Positions 46,000-59,082 are shown, numbered from the stretch's first letter. The stretch: DNA of 64,000 nucleotides from Blepharisma stoltei ATCC 30299 (GCA_965603825.1 CBFDEM010000004.1:372001-436000), one strand, 5' to 3'. The notes: a model not told the origin generated them from the sequence alone. Translations and numbers: made by a program.

Positions 46000-46224
46000 A
46001 TATCATTAATCAGCATGCCAGTGTTTCTGGTGCTTTTTTAACAGTTTGTCAACTCAGAGTACATTATAAGCAGTTATGTTGTCAGTTTCTTTCTGTGCAT
46101 AATTCATTCAGACTAATCAATTACAGCATGCAGATTTAGATTTCAATCTGATGTTGAGGTTATTTAAAACTGTTTTTGATCCACACATACATTCTAATAT
46201 TAACAATTTATACTTAAATTTAGC

Positions 46225-46863
46225 ATGAAGACGAGAAAGACGTGGAGAGAGGAAGTCATTTCATCTGATTTTAATTCAGTAAACAGACAGAGGATCAAAG
46301 CCACTCATTCAGAAATTATGCGAGATCTCCAGCTCATCTCTGAGTGTAGTTCGAAAATCATATACAACAAGCAATCCATGTACCCTGAGCTTGACTCTTA
46401 CGATCCTAGAAAGCATACAAAAGTAATTTTCACATAGAGAACCAAATGCTTGAAACCAAAAACTATGCAAGATGACGATATTTCAGGGATTCTAGGTCTG
46501 GCCTCATTTATCAGTGAAATCGAGGCTTTTAACTCTCAAGAGCCAGCACCTGCGCCCGAGCTACCGAAAAAGAAGCCGAGAGTAAGTCAGAGTAAGAATA
46601 ATCCCAACAATTTTGACCATAATCCGATGTCTCAGATCCACCAGCTCATGAAAGGGATGAACCAAAGAGCTGGAGTCAACGGTCAATTATCAAGCTCCTT
46701 TAGCTATTCTGTAGGAAGCACAAAGCCTATTAATATGGCTGCTCAAAAGAGTAAATCAATAGGGCAGGATTACCATAGATGTGCGACGCATTTGTCCATT
46801 GCGTTGTATATAAAAAATTTACAAGAAAATATGAAGTTAAAGAAGCAAAAGGTTGAAAAATAA
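46225..46863 (+). CDS. Hypothetical protein; intron 46423-46437
   Basis: ORFs at 46225 and 46450 are joined by intron gtaattttcacatag. Confidence 0.78.
46423..46437 (+). other. 15-nt spliceosomal intron
   Basis: gtaattttcacatag; A at position 10; removes in-frame TAG. Confidence 0.88.
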
Positions 46864-47078
46864 ATTTTATAATGTTTATTTAACTTAATAAAACTCGCAG
46901 CAATGGCTTGCAACTATTTTTTATTGACAATTCATCTCAAATTGCGTTTAGCATATCTATGATAATGGGAAAATATTATTACTTACATTATAATGCTCTA
47001 TTTTTAGCTACATTTATGCAATAATGAATCCAATGCTACTGATAATAGATAATTCTATTCGAATTCATCTCCTAATAA

Positions 47079-47705
47079 ATGGAAGCAGCTAAAGAGTATA
47101 AAATAGTTACTCTTGGAGAAGGAAGAGTTGGCAAAACTTCTCTCACATTAAAAGCAGCTAGAAATGTATTTCACGAAGATGAGCAGTCTACCGTCAATGC
47201 CAACTTCCTCATTAAAGAAATCACAGTTCAAGGAGTTAGCATCAAGCTTAATCTTTGGGACACAGCAGGCCAAGAACGCTTCAGGGCTCTAGCTCCGAAT
47301 TATTACCGAGGAGCAAAAGGAGCCGTTATTGCATACGACATTACTGATCGATCATCATTTGATAGAGTGGTTTCATGGGTCAGAGAGCTTGGAATGCAAG
47401 CTGATAAGGACATTTGTATAGTTATAGCTGGAAATAAGTGTGACAGGGAAAGCGAAAGGCAAATATCGAGAGCTGAAGCGTTGGAATATGCCAAAAAGGT
47501 TGGTGTCACACATTTTGATACCAGTGCTAAAACAGGCAAAGGTGTAGAGGAAATTTTCCAGGAATTGGGAAGATTAGTGTACGAAACGCAGCAAAAATCT
47601 GCAGAATCGAATCAGAATAAAAGATATACATCGAGATCAAATAAAAAGGTAAAAATACAGCAAAATCAAACTAATGAAAAGGAGAAAAAACAGTGCTGTG
47701 GGTAA
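47079..47705 (+). CDS. RAB21: Rab21-like small GTPase
   Basis: KIVTLGEGRVGKTSL, WDTAGQERFRAL, IVIAGNKCD, TSAK, C-terminal CCG; the GEGRVGKTS P-loop is Rab21-type. Confidence 0.88.
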   Translation: MEAAKEYKIVTLGEGRVGKTSLTLKAARNVFHEDEQSTVNANFLIKEITVQGVSIKLNLWDTAGQERFRALAPNYYRGAKGAVIAYDITDRSSFDRVVSWVRELGMQADKDICIVIAGNKCDRESERQISRAEALEYAKKVGVTHFDTSAKTGKGVEEIFQELGRLVYETQQKSAESNQNKRYTSRSNKKVKIQQNQTNEKEKKQCCG

Positions 47706-47745
47706 TTTATAGAATTCAGGTAATTTTTATTATTCTTAATAAACT

Positions 47746-50700
47746 CTATCCTTCTTTATTTTCTACTTGCTCGACATCCCCCTCTTCTTCAACCACATTT
47801 TTAGCGAGCCTCTCTTCCCTAATTTTTATTATTTTATCACAAATTTCTTCAATCTTTTCTGCTTTGTCTTTGTTCTTGGTCACTAAAATTTCTCGTTCGC
47901 TTAATTTTTTAATCAGATTTTCATAAAATTCCTGAGTTCCAAGGCTGGACCTCTCTATCATTTTATTGAGAGCCGCCAGCCTACCTTCCCAACTCATATC
48001 TTCATCTTTAGCAGTTTCTTTGACAGATTGAAAATATTGTTTCGTTCCTGTTTTTCTTTTCCAAAACATCATATTTTCCACTTCAATTGCCATGTCAATC
48101 AGCTCTTTAGTGTCACTTGCTATGCTGTCTGATTGGATTTGCTCATATTCATCAGTCACTTTCGCTACAAGGATAGTCATCATAATGATTGGATTTATCA
48201 TGATCCCGAAGGTGAGAACTCCCATTTCAATAAAACCATAACTTTCTGCTTCTGTAGAACCTAAGATAAGTCAATAAGAAATTCTGAGATTATTCATGAA
48301 GTCAATATTTCCAGATGGATCTCTAACAATTACTATAAACAAGAAACAAAAGCCAACTGCCATAAAGGTCATCATGACTAAAAACCCTCCCATGCTGGCA
48401 AAGCAGTGAATTAATAAATTAATAAAATATCTTGTTGAGTCAAATAATCTGAAATATGATACTCCTCTAGCCCAGCTGATGAATGTGACTAGAGCAAAAA
48501 GTGAATTTGCAAACCCAAACAAATGGAAAGTAGTGTTTTCTTCTCCACCATATTTTACTAAGAAAACCATGTTACTGATCCCCCTAAAATAATCCTGGGT
48601 TCATTCAATAATATTATAAGCTAGCAGCAATATTGTCCTTGCCCAGTCGACATAATTCCACACAAATTTAAAATAAGATCTTCCAGACACAATCATTTGA
48701 TAGATTTCATAAAACATCAATAAAATATTCATAATAAACACTATCATCAAAAAAGTTGGGTCTTTAGCAAAAAAAGAGGTATAAAGTGATAACATTATTA
48801 AATAGACATAAAATACAGACCCTTGGATGATCATAGGAAGCTTTGCAGACTCTCATTTATAGTGAGCTATATCTAAGATTATAGGAGTTCTGAAAATGTC
48901 TTTATTCTCACACTCAGAAATAGAGCTTAGGAAATCAATACTTTCTTGGCTACCCATAGAGAAATTAAAAGGGATGCACGTTTCTTTAAAACATATAGAA
49001 ACGCCTTGGGTACTGATGTCTTCTTCATCAAAGAAATCTTTTACTTTAGCTCGGAATTCATTTGATAAATAACAGATAGGCAAAACAACATTAGACTCGC
49101 AGAATCTGGGGAAGCTTTTTCTTTTCACCTCTTGATAAATTATCTCATATATATCAGCTAGCTTTGCAAAGCCAACTTGATTCATTTTTATTATCTCATT
49201 TTCCAGCATTTGTAGCCAAAAGGGATTGATTTGGGCATTTAAGCATAAGGAGTCAACAATTTCGTCTCTAATTGCTTTGTAATCTTTTAATAGCGCAATA
49301 TAGAATGGGTTGAATCCAATTTTCGACCTTATAATAGATATATTATAGCATAGAGACTGAACTACATATTCTTTTAAGTTGAGGTAGACATAAAAATGTA
49401 ATGGATTGATAAGCTGGGGGACTATAACAAATTGATCCATAATTGGGTTATGCTCGGGGTTTTGGTCAAAAAGGATATCTCGCATATATGCAAGAAAAGG
49501 CTGATGGAATTCTGATGGGCCTATTAGTCTTGTTTCCTTTGTAGTCAATGGATTTTCTTCTGCTGAAATGTAACACCGTTGACCAGTCGCAATATAAGTT
49601 TCATCTAGAGATATGGCTAGACAATTAATCGGCTGCTTATGGTCCATATAAGATATCTTGATTCGGTATTTCAACGAAATTATATTGATTTTCTTATCTT
49701 TTCCAGCTGTCATGAACAAATCATTATTTTTCATCAGCACAATCCCTGTAACCAGTCCTGCATGCACATGAAAACTAGACTCCTCGCAACGCTCTTCTAT
49801 ATTCCATACTGATACATCTCCTATCATGCCTCCAATTATCAATAACTTATCTTTCTTATCGATTGCCATCACATTTACAGGCTCTTTAGCGTTAAACCAT
49901 CCTAATTGATTCGCAGTCATTGCGTTCCATATTCTGATAGTTTGGTCACTACTTCCAGAAAACACTTTTCTTCCTGTGTTGCCTACACATACAGACCAAA
50001 TACTTTGGCAGTGACCTTTGCATTGCAGCTTGTTCATTGATGGCAGAGTTCATATAGAAATTAATGAATCTCCTCCGCCTGTAATTAATCGAGAGCTATC
50101 AGGCATAAAGCACAAATCCCTGATCAAGCCGTTATGAGCTTCAATTCTGTGAAGTTCTTGAAAATTGAGACCATCAATAATATAGAGAGTTCCGAGCTCA
50201 TCCCCGACTGCAATATATTTTTTATTTGGCGATACACTAATTTTAAGGCCATTTCCTAAAATATTGATAAGAGGAACAGGAGAGCCAGAATCGTCTCAGT
50301 ATTTAACGATCTTGTCTGTCCCGCAAGACACAATATGATTTGATTCCGGTAAAAATGCTGCTGAGGTATATTCGCAATTATTGAGATCTTTAAAAATATA
50401 ATCTTCGAACTCGTCAGGAAATCTCCATATATGAGCTGTGGAGTCTATACTTGTAGACACAAAGAAACTCATATCAGGAGAAATTTTGATATTTTTAATC
50501 GAATCTGTGTGGCCTTTCATAAGCTTTTCTGTAGTCTCTTTTTCAAAATTCCACACTTTCACAAAATTATCTTCGCCTCCTGTTATAATCACTGGCTTGG
50601 TCTCACATAACCGTAAAGCAGTAGTTGCTCCAGTATGAATTCCTTTACTTTTCAAAAGGGTCCAGTCAATTGTATTTCATATAGAAACTCGCCCGTCAGA

Positions 50701-51450
50701 GCTCCCAGAACCCAGAACATTTAAACTTGAACTAATTGCTAAGCAAGTTACTGAACTTTCAGCAAGCTGAGCAATTTCGGTTTCTGTGTTTAGGTTAAAT
50801 ACTTTGATTACTCCATCCTCTCCCGCGCTTGCAATAAATGAATCGTCTTCTGCAATTGCTAGATCATTAATTTTCCCATTATGTGATATTAGTGTTTTGT
50901 TTTCCAGTAAATTTATAAAATTTCATGCTCTAACTGTGCCATCAAATCCAGCAGAATACAATTTTTCTTTTGATAAATCATAGCATAATTTATTAACAGA
51001 CCCAGAATGTCCTAGCAGTTCAAACTCAAGTTGGAACATTGGTAGTTTGTAACATCGAATTACTTCGCTTTCGCCACAGACAACTAAACGATTATTTTCT
51101 TCATCTATGATTGCATCATATAATGCTCCAATTCCCAAGCATACATCATTAGCTATTTTTCCTTCTTTGAGATTAAAGCAAGTGACATTGCCTTTTTCTG
51201 TGGCAAAATAAACAAGCTCATTGTCATCTGATATAAATAAACTGTATATTGTAGATGAAAGTGAAATAGAGACCTCAGCGCTGTTGATAACAAATTTGCT
51301 TGCGCTAAGCATCATTTTGCTAAGAGCTTTTTCTTCTGATGATTGATGCTCAATTTGTCCTTGCGCTGCAAGTGTCTTGAAATCTTTTGTTTTCGCATCA
51401 CTTTCCATGAAAGAAGTTAAGTTGCTTGATGAACCCAAGCTCAGCAGCAT
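47746..51450 (-). CDS. WD40-repeat protein with C-terminal TRP/polycystin-like ion-channel domain; many TGA=Trp
   Basis: Six ORF pieces in one frame (1235 codons); many GH...W(D/N) repeats whose Trp is often TGA; TM region 'YEIYQM....YF...WNYVD', 'YFRLFDSTRYFI', 'ILVAKVTDEYE'. Confidence 0.85.
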
Positions 51451-51607
51451 TATTTTAATATTAGAAAAAAATTATCGTTTTATTCATAAAAAGTACCTTA
51501 AAAAAATCATCAAACCTATTTATCTTAGAACACATAAAACCCAGTGAAGCAAAATAGTCCAATCCTTCATTACCATTTCCAATAATTATATATAAATTTA
51601 AATATCA

Positions 51608-54337
51608 ATGGAAGGCACAGGCAGAGCAATCCCTCTTATTGTGTATCTAGACCGTGAAGGCTTTAAAGTGACTCCTGAAGGTCTTCAATTTTTAAACTCA
51701 ATTAAAACAAAAATCGCTGTTATTGCAGTAGCAGGGAAATATAGAACAGGGAAAAGCTACATGCTTAATAAAATTATCCTCAATATAAATTCCCAAGGTT
51801 TTGGAGTCGGCCCAACTATTAACCCTTGTACAAAAGGACTATGAATATGAAGTCAACCGATAGAATTCAGAACTCAGAATGGAGAAGACGCAACTTTATT
51901 GGTCATTGATAGTGAAGGGCTTGGAGCTTTTGATGAAGATGCAAATCATGACACTCGGATTTTCATTTTAACAGTTCTTTTAAGCTCCTTTTTCATATAC
52001 AACTCTGTGGGGAGTATTGATGAAAATGCATTGAACAATCTCAGCCTAATTGTGAATTTAACCAAAAATCTACAAGTGAGATCAAGCGATTCTGAGCTGG
52101 ATGTCGATGAAGTTTCTTCTTATTTTCCCAGTTTTTTGTGGGTTCTAAGAGACTTTGCATTGCAGTTGGTTGATCAAAAAGGAAATGCTATTACAGCTAA
52201 AGAGTATTTGGAAAATTCTTTGCAGCCTCAAAAAGGAATTAGTGATTCTATTGAGTCGAAAAATAGGGTAAGAAAATTATTGAAACATTTTTTTAGAGAC
52301 AGAGACTGCTTTGCATTAGTTAGACCATCTGAAGATGAAAGAGTTCTGCAAGAACTTGATAGAGCCCCAGACTCTGATTTGAGGCCTGAATTTGTAAGAG
52401 ATAAATCAAATTTAAGGAAATTGATTTACAGAAGAGCCAAAATAAAAACTTTCAATGGAAGAGACTTAACCGGGGAACTTCTGGCAGGTCTAGCTATTTC
52501 TTATGTTGATGCAATTAATAAAGGTGCTGTACCTACAATAGAAGGAGCTTGGCAAGCAGTCTGCAACTCAGAGAGCCAGAAAAACATAGACCTAGCTTCA
52601 CATGAGTATGATAATTTAATGCGTACACAAATTTCCAATCAGCTTCTTACCCCAGAACAGCTAAAATCCCTCCATAAAAATTGCAAAAAGAATGCCATAA
52701 AATTCTTCAAAGAAAAAGCGCTAGGAGACAATACTGACCATTTTGAACATTTACTTAAAAAAAAGCTTTTAGAAAGATTTGGTTTCTTTAATGCCCAAAA
52801 CGAAAAGAAGGTCCTCGAGAAATGCGATGATATTTGTGCTGACCTCATGCAAGAAATGCAAGACAAGCTGAAAAGAGGAGAATTCGGGGATTTTCAAGTA
52901 TTTAAAAGAGAAATAGAAAAAAAAATTAATGACATAAAGAAAACAGGCCCGCAAGGAAATGCTGTGGAGTGAAAGCTTAAAGAAGTATCATCTGCTTTAT
53001 TGGCAGAAGGAGCAGAATATATTAGCAGAAGTGCGATGCTAGAGCAAGAAAATGCGACTAGAAAAATATCACATCAGCTAGAATTCGTGAAATCCTCACT
53101 GGAAGCTAAAAAAGAAGAATTTTCAAAGGAAAGAGAATATCTAAAAAATAGGATCCAAGAACTTGAATCGGAAAATTATCGTCTGAAAGCTGCCTATGCC
53201 GCCTATGAAATGAAAATAGAAGAACTCAAAAATGAAAAAGAACGGCTTGAAAACAACTTTAAAAAGAAATACGAAACTTTAAAAGATGACCAAAAAGAAT
53301 TAAATAGTGAGCTTAGAGCCAGATATGAAGAAACGCAAAAATTATATAATGACTTGCAGCAGAAACACTCAGTAGAAGCAAATGGGCTTCAAAAAGAGCT
53401 TGCCTTAATGAGACAGGAGATTAACTGAAAATCACAAGAAATCAGTGATTTAAAGAAAAAAAGAGACGAAATGGACTCCTTGTTCAAAGAAATGAGAGCT
53501 CAGCTTAGATTAGCCCGAGAAGAAAACGAAGCCAATGAAAATGAGCTGAAAAAATTAAAATCTTCGCAATCAGCTAAAAGTCTAGAAGGGAATGAAGCTT
53601 CAAATGACATCATCCGTGAACGAAATTTTCTCAGGAGTCAAGTTGAGAGCTTGAAATCACAAATTGATGATAGCAAAAACATCCAGGAAGCTTTAGTCAA
53701 AGCCCTACAAGCCAAAAGTTTCGAAAAGCCTAAAGAAGCTGAAAAAATCATGTCTTACTCAGTAGACGAAATGGAAGACCGATGCCAAATGCTTGAAGAA
53801 AAGTTAGAAAAGCTCAGCAATGTTAAAAAAATGATTGACAATGCCTCGGCTTTACAATGTAAATTATGTGGAGAAACTTTTGGGAGAAAGGTTTTTAATG
53901 CACATATTTCACTTTGTTCGAGAAGAGCGAACCAGTCTAGAGACTCTGGGCAGTTTAATATTGTAGTTGTAGAGTCAGTTATTAAAGATTCAGCTGACCA
54001 GAAATCTTATACTGAGTTTATTATCACAGTTACATATCGAGGGCAAAGCTGAACTGTTAATAAAAGATTTAAAATGCTGGAAAATCTGCATATGTCCTTA
54101 CAGAGGGAGTTTTCTGATATGCAGCTGCCAGATACAGGGAATTTGTTTGTGCAGCAGCAGTCATCTTCCTTGTTCAGTTCAAAAAAGCCGATCCCTACAG
54201 AGGAGAAAAAAAGAGCTTGCCAGCAATATTTAATGGAACTGGCTGCAATTCCATCTATAAAAAACTCAAGGACTTTCAATGACTTTTTGTGTGTTAATCA
54301 GCAATTTGATGAAGAAGTTCCTGCAAGAAGAAAATAG
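51608..54337 (+). CDS. Guanylate-binding protein (GBP/atlastin GTPase) with coiled coil, C2HC zinc finger and C-terminal PX domain; several TGA=Trp
   Basis: GKYRTGKSYMLN, CTKGL(W)I(W), IDSEGLG, WVLRDF; CKLC...HISLC; PX 'YTEFII...(W)TVNKRF..LENLH..L...LP...QQYL..L...FNDFL'. Confidence 0.9.
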
Positions 54338-54367
54338 TTTAGACAATTAATGCAGAATTTAATAGAG

Positions 54368-55645
54368 TTAGGTTTTTTTATGCTTTTTTGTAGGTCCTGA
54401 ATCTAAGCTGTCTTCGGAATCTTGAGCTTTAACCACTTTTCCAGACACTCTTTTACTTGTGACTGTTTGTTGCAAATTGTTCATGGGCTGAATGGTTTGC
54501 TTTGTAGTTGCGACAGGGTTTCTAATTGGCACTTGGGTTGGGAGCTTTGGAATTTGGCTTAGTATAGCTGGAGCTTGGGTATTTTTTATAGCTGAGTATC
54601 CTCCAGATGACTTTTTGTTGGCTGAATTTTTGACTTCTCTTATTTTATCTTCCAAAGATTTTTTTTCAATTTCTTTTTTAATCACATGCTTCTGCAGATT
54701 CAACAAAATCAATGACTCTCTTTTCAGTTTCTCATACAGCTCCACGACTTCTTGAGTAGGCATCGGCCTATCAGGTATTCCGATCACCTTTAAAATTGTT
54801 TCAATTTTTCTTTGCAGCCTAGATGGCAAAGTAGGCTGAGTTAAAAAGTAACTTCTCAGTATAGGGGCTTTCGGAGGCTCTTTTTTCGCTGTGCTTCATT
54901 CAGGAAGGTCGATTTCTTCTGAGTTTGAGCTCATCAATTTTTCGTAGTTTTTCATTTCTTTTTCTTCTTTTTTAATTCGAATATCTAGTTTTCTTGCTTC
55001 TTCACACAATGCTTTCTCTTCATCATCTTGCTCCTTTGTTCGCAAAAAATATTTTTCCAATAAAGCTTTTCTTTTTCTTTCATAATTTGCATTGTAGGGT
55101 AAGCCAATAATTGGGTGATCTTCGATTTCCCTTTTTTGAAGAATTGCTTTGGATATATAATAGTACCTTTCTTTTATGTCTTCAACTGTCCTATCGCAAA
55201 ATCGGCTGACATCATATCTGTCTTGTATTATAATAAATCTCAAATCGTATTCCCTGCACAAGCTCCACAAATAAAGAGTTTCTTCCTTAGACCAGCCACT
55301 TTTGTCATTTAAACTGTCATATTCTTCGTCTGTGAAATCAATAAGTTCGATTTTTTTGTTAAATTTGCTGAAGGCGTAATCTTCTTCTTTGTCTGTGGAC
55401 TTTTTCCAATGACAAAGTTGCAAGTCATCTTCTCGAGCTGAGTTTTTAAATGGCGCGTAGATTCACTTTTCCGTGGAGGTTTTCTCGACTCTCTTTTCTT
55501 TGATGGCTTTTAAAGCTTTTTTAGCGAGTGAAGGCTTCATTGGGGGAATCCCGCCAGTTAAGTTGATTACTTCGCGACTGATTATTTCTGATTTTTTGGT
55601 TGAGTCGGCTCGGGGAATGCTGAGAATGTCCTTGATGTCGTCCAT
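54368..55645 (-). CDS. DMAP1: DNA methyltransferase 1-associated protein 1 / Swc4 (NuA4/SWR1 subunit); TGA=Trp
   Basis: DIKDIL, SREVINL, K(W)IYAPFKNSAREDDLQLCHW, YAFSKFN, SANT 'WSKEETLYL..LCREYDLRFIIIQDRY', 'RTVEDIKERYY', 'PMPT'. Confidence 0.93.
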
Positions 55646-55700
55646 TTTTTGATTATAATTATTATTGCTTTATTTTATAAATTGGGGTATGAGAAGCAAT

Positions 55701-55708
55701 TTTCGCGC
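55701..55708. promoter_or_regulatory. E2F-consensus site TTTCGCGC upstream of DMAP1
   Basis: Exact TTTSSCGC match about 55 bp upstream of the DMAP1 ATG, in otherwise CG-poor intergenic DNA. Confidence 0.35.
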
Positions 55709-55854
55709 ATAAAAATGAATATTTAATATATTATATAAGAGCGATGAGAAATTTAGGTGGAGAAGCTCACCATAATTAATTAATATGAAGTAAGACAACT
55801 AAAAGAAATATTTCTTAAACTGCATATCTCCGGTATATTTATCTTAATCTATTT

Positions 55855-58800
55855 TTATTTAATCCCGTTTGTAGTGATCCAATCTTCAACCTTCTCTTCT
55901 GGACTATCAATTAGGAAATCTTGGTCAATAGCCAATATCTTGCAGTTCTTCTCTAATGATTTTTTGTGCCACAAAAATGTCCCTTTGAAATCTTTATTAT
56001 TAAACAGCTTTATCTCTTTGCTTATAGGCCAAATGCTTGTTTTTAATGATGGTACATAATAAGGAGACCAAACTCTCTCTACGCTGGCATTTTTGTTGGT
56101 AAGAAGTTTAATTTTCTTTACTATAATATCGTCTAGCACTTTAAATGCCCTAGGCTTGATGCCAAAATCAACTTGTGCATCAACAAAGGAATTAAGCTCT
56201 TTTAGTGGGTTAGAAAGCTTCATCTTCACTGGGTATGGGCTCTCTACGAAAAAGTTGGAGAGATTTAGAAGGTAAAGACTAAATCCAGCTTTGTCATTAA
56301 GTGCATTGTATTTTTCTATTGAGTTTATTATGGTTTCTTGTGGTATGCTGAAATGGAGAAGCCCCCAGATTCATTGGACATAAGAATTTTTAGAGTAAAA
56401 TTCACAGTTTGAACTGTCGTATTCTTTAACTAGTTCAGAAACTAGAGTAGAAGCCCATGGATTAGAGTGTAGCCCAAGGTCAGCTAGCGTGCGTACTATC
56501 ATCGGCCAATCTTTCAGATGCTCTTTAGGGTTCTTCATCATTTCTTCAGAAAAAGCTTGGAAAATCCCTTCAGTATTTATTCCTCTTTTAGTTAAACATT
56601 TCACTATTCCTTTAAGATCTCGATAATTGGCACTATCCCCAAAGCTTCCTATGATTATATTTAATAATTCTGCGTTGGCAGTTTTAAAATCAGCTAATGA
56701 ATCTAAGGCTTTGATTTTCATATCATTATCTGAGATCTGAGCAATGCTCGCTATTTTGTTTAAGCATGCTGCTGTGAATGCTTCAGCAAGCTGAGGATGT
56801 GGGCCATTATAGTCTGAAGAAAATACATTCAAAGCATACACCAATGAATCATATTCATATTTACTTAAGCTTTCAATAAATTCTTTAAGTTCTCCGATAA
56901 ATTGCTCTTCTTTTTTCCCTCCTTTTAGAGGTGAATATAAATATTCCATAAAATATGCAGAAAAATACTTAAAAGATCTCTGCCTATCGATTTTAAAAAT
57001 TTTCTCCAATAAAATTGCATTTATATCCTCAGGAATGCTTGGAAGAGCTGATGCTACACGAATTAATGAAGCCAAATCATAGGAGTTTTTATGATTTTCT
57101 AGCAATTTTAAGCCAATTTGGCTTTCAAGAACTTTTGCTCTCCCCATCATGCCTCCAATGAAAAGCCCTTTATGCTCCATTAGAAAATCATCATCCATAT
57201 AAGCATTAAACTCTTGTAAATAGGTTTTTATATTAAAAAGTAAACCTTTCATATAAACAGTTTCAAAAAAGCGATAATAAATTAAGTCAAACTCATCACA
57301 AGTGATTGCTCTGCCTATATCTCTTTCATTAAGCTTGGTAAGTAATTGCTCAACTTCTGATTTTTCTGAGCTCAAACTCACATACTTCATGCTTTGAACT
57401 TGACTAGAGGCATAAGGGCTTCCACCACCCTTTCTTAATATACAGAGGATTGCTTTTAAAGAGACGTCTAATTTGCTTACCCTTTCCAAAGTAACCTCTA
57501 CAGAACCTTTGGGAATATCCTTTGTCGAAATAATTTTACTAAAAAGGTTTTCATTCCCTTTTGCTAATCACAGCAACCTAAAAAGCCCAAACCAAGGCCT
57601 GCTATCATCCCAATTATTGTCTAAAGTCTTCATGACATGTATTATTGACGGCTGAATTTTTTTCTTTGATGACTCATCTAGATTAGCGTTTCTTAAGTCT
57701 CTCATAAAATTTAAACAATGTTTACACGATCTGATTATGGAGATAGTGTCATCATTAATTAAGTCAAGCAAATCAAGTAAAATTTCTTTGGCCGAGGGGT
57801 GCTCTAGTTTGTCTATTAAATCAACCATAATAAATCTAGAAAAAAATGAAGACCCCATAATTCTTTTCTTTATTCCATTACGGAAATTGGAGTAATTCTC
57901 TAAATTAAACTCTGGATCTAATTTTGAGAGCCCTAATACCAATTGTAAAAATTGAATAGTTTCAGCATTTTCAAGTGATTTTTGGAAAAATTCTAAGAGA
58001 TCTTTTGGGATTTCATTTGCTATATATCCCAATGCTTTGCAAAGTTCAGAAATATCATTAATGTGTTCTTGATCAATTGTTTTCATTTTGAAGTCGATAA
58101 TTTTATCAACCAATCCTTGTGGCATTTTTACTCCGGTTCTGATACAAAATGTCTGAAGCCCTTTTACCAAAAACCTGAAATTCTCTTCAAGAAAAGTTGG
58201 ATCATTTGCTGCTAAATCATTTAAACCTTCTATGCATTTCTGGACAAGTGGTGCCTTACTATTTTTTGCAATTCAATAAAATTCCAAAATTTTGACCATC
58301 TCTTCTCCTTTCAGCTTTTGGTTTGCCAAATAGCTCTCAAATTTGTCTATTGCTCTCCACATGCCTCCTTCAGGATACACTTTGGATACTTCATAAAGGC
58401 TGGACATCAATTCAGGAATTTCTGCCTCATAATCATCACTACTCCTATTCAGTAAAACTTGTATTAAAGTATCCGCAATTTCATTGCTATAATAGTGTTT
58501 GACATTGCTGAGTCCAATTAAAAATCTCTTGATTTGAGAAAAATTCATTCTATTTCCTTCTGATGTAATTGCATTTAATACAGCTTTATCAAAGACTTTA
58601 CTGCTATATTTAAGGAAGCTCCAATCATGGAACAAAGATGCTAAGGCATCTATATTAAATGCTCCATCGTCAGCTAAAAATCCTACTCTTTCAAATAGTT
58701 TTGATTCTTCTCTTTCCCCAATTTCACAGGAGTCTGTATATTTTAAAAAATAACTCAAATCGCAAATTTCATTTGGCCCTAAGTCTTCTAAATTCTTTTT

Positions 58801-59082
58801 GACATTTTCAATCATGCCAATATACTCAGCATGCTTAAACCATTCTTTTACGAAATTTCCATTGCTTATGAATACCCCTATCTGTCTTAATGCCAAGGTG
58901 TGAGTGGATAAATTTTGTGTATTCTCAATTAATCCATAAACTTTTTCAATGTTTCTGCTCTTTAAGATTTGATCTTTTAGGCTTTCAAATTCAGCTTGAT
59001 CAAATGCTGAAAAACTTCTGAAGCCAGGAAAGCATAAGTTTTTCCGATAAAATAGCTGAGATGACCTGAAAAGGCGAATCAT
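55855..59082 (-). CDS. Large helical-repeat protein with predicted mitochondrial presequence and RAP-like C-terminus; TGA=Trp
   Basis: Four ORF pieces in frame (1076 codons); N-terminus MIRLFRSSQLFYRK...FRSFS; C-terminus 'KGTFLWHKKSLEKN.KILAI' resembles RAP domains; function tentative. Confidence 0.7.

Noticed and set aside
3-54337. Apparent cluster of phosphoinositide and trafficking genes (TRAPPC9, ArfGAP, FYVE, PTEN, ATG8, myotubularin, Rab21, GBP-PX)
   Set aside because: They are interspersed with unrelated genes and these families are large in ciliates; there is no evidence of functional clustering without a genome-wide test.
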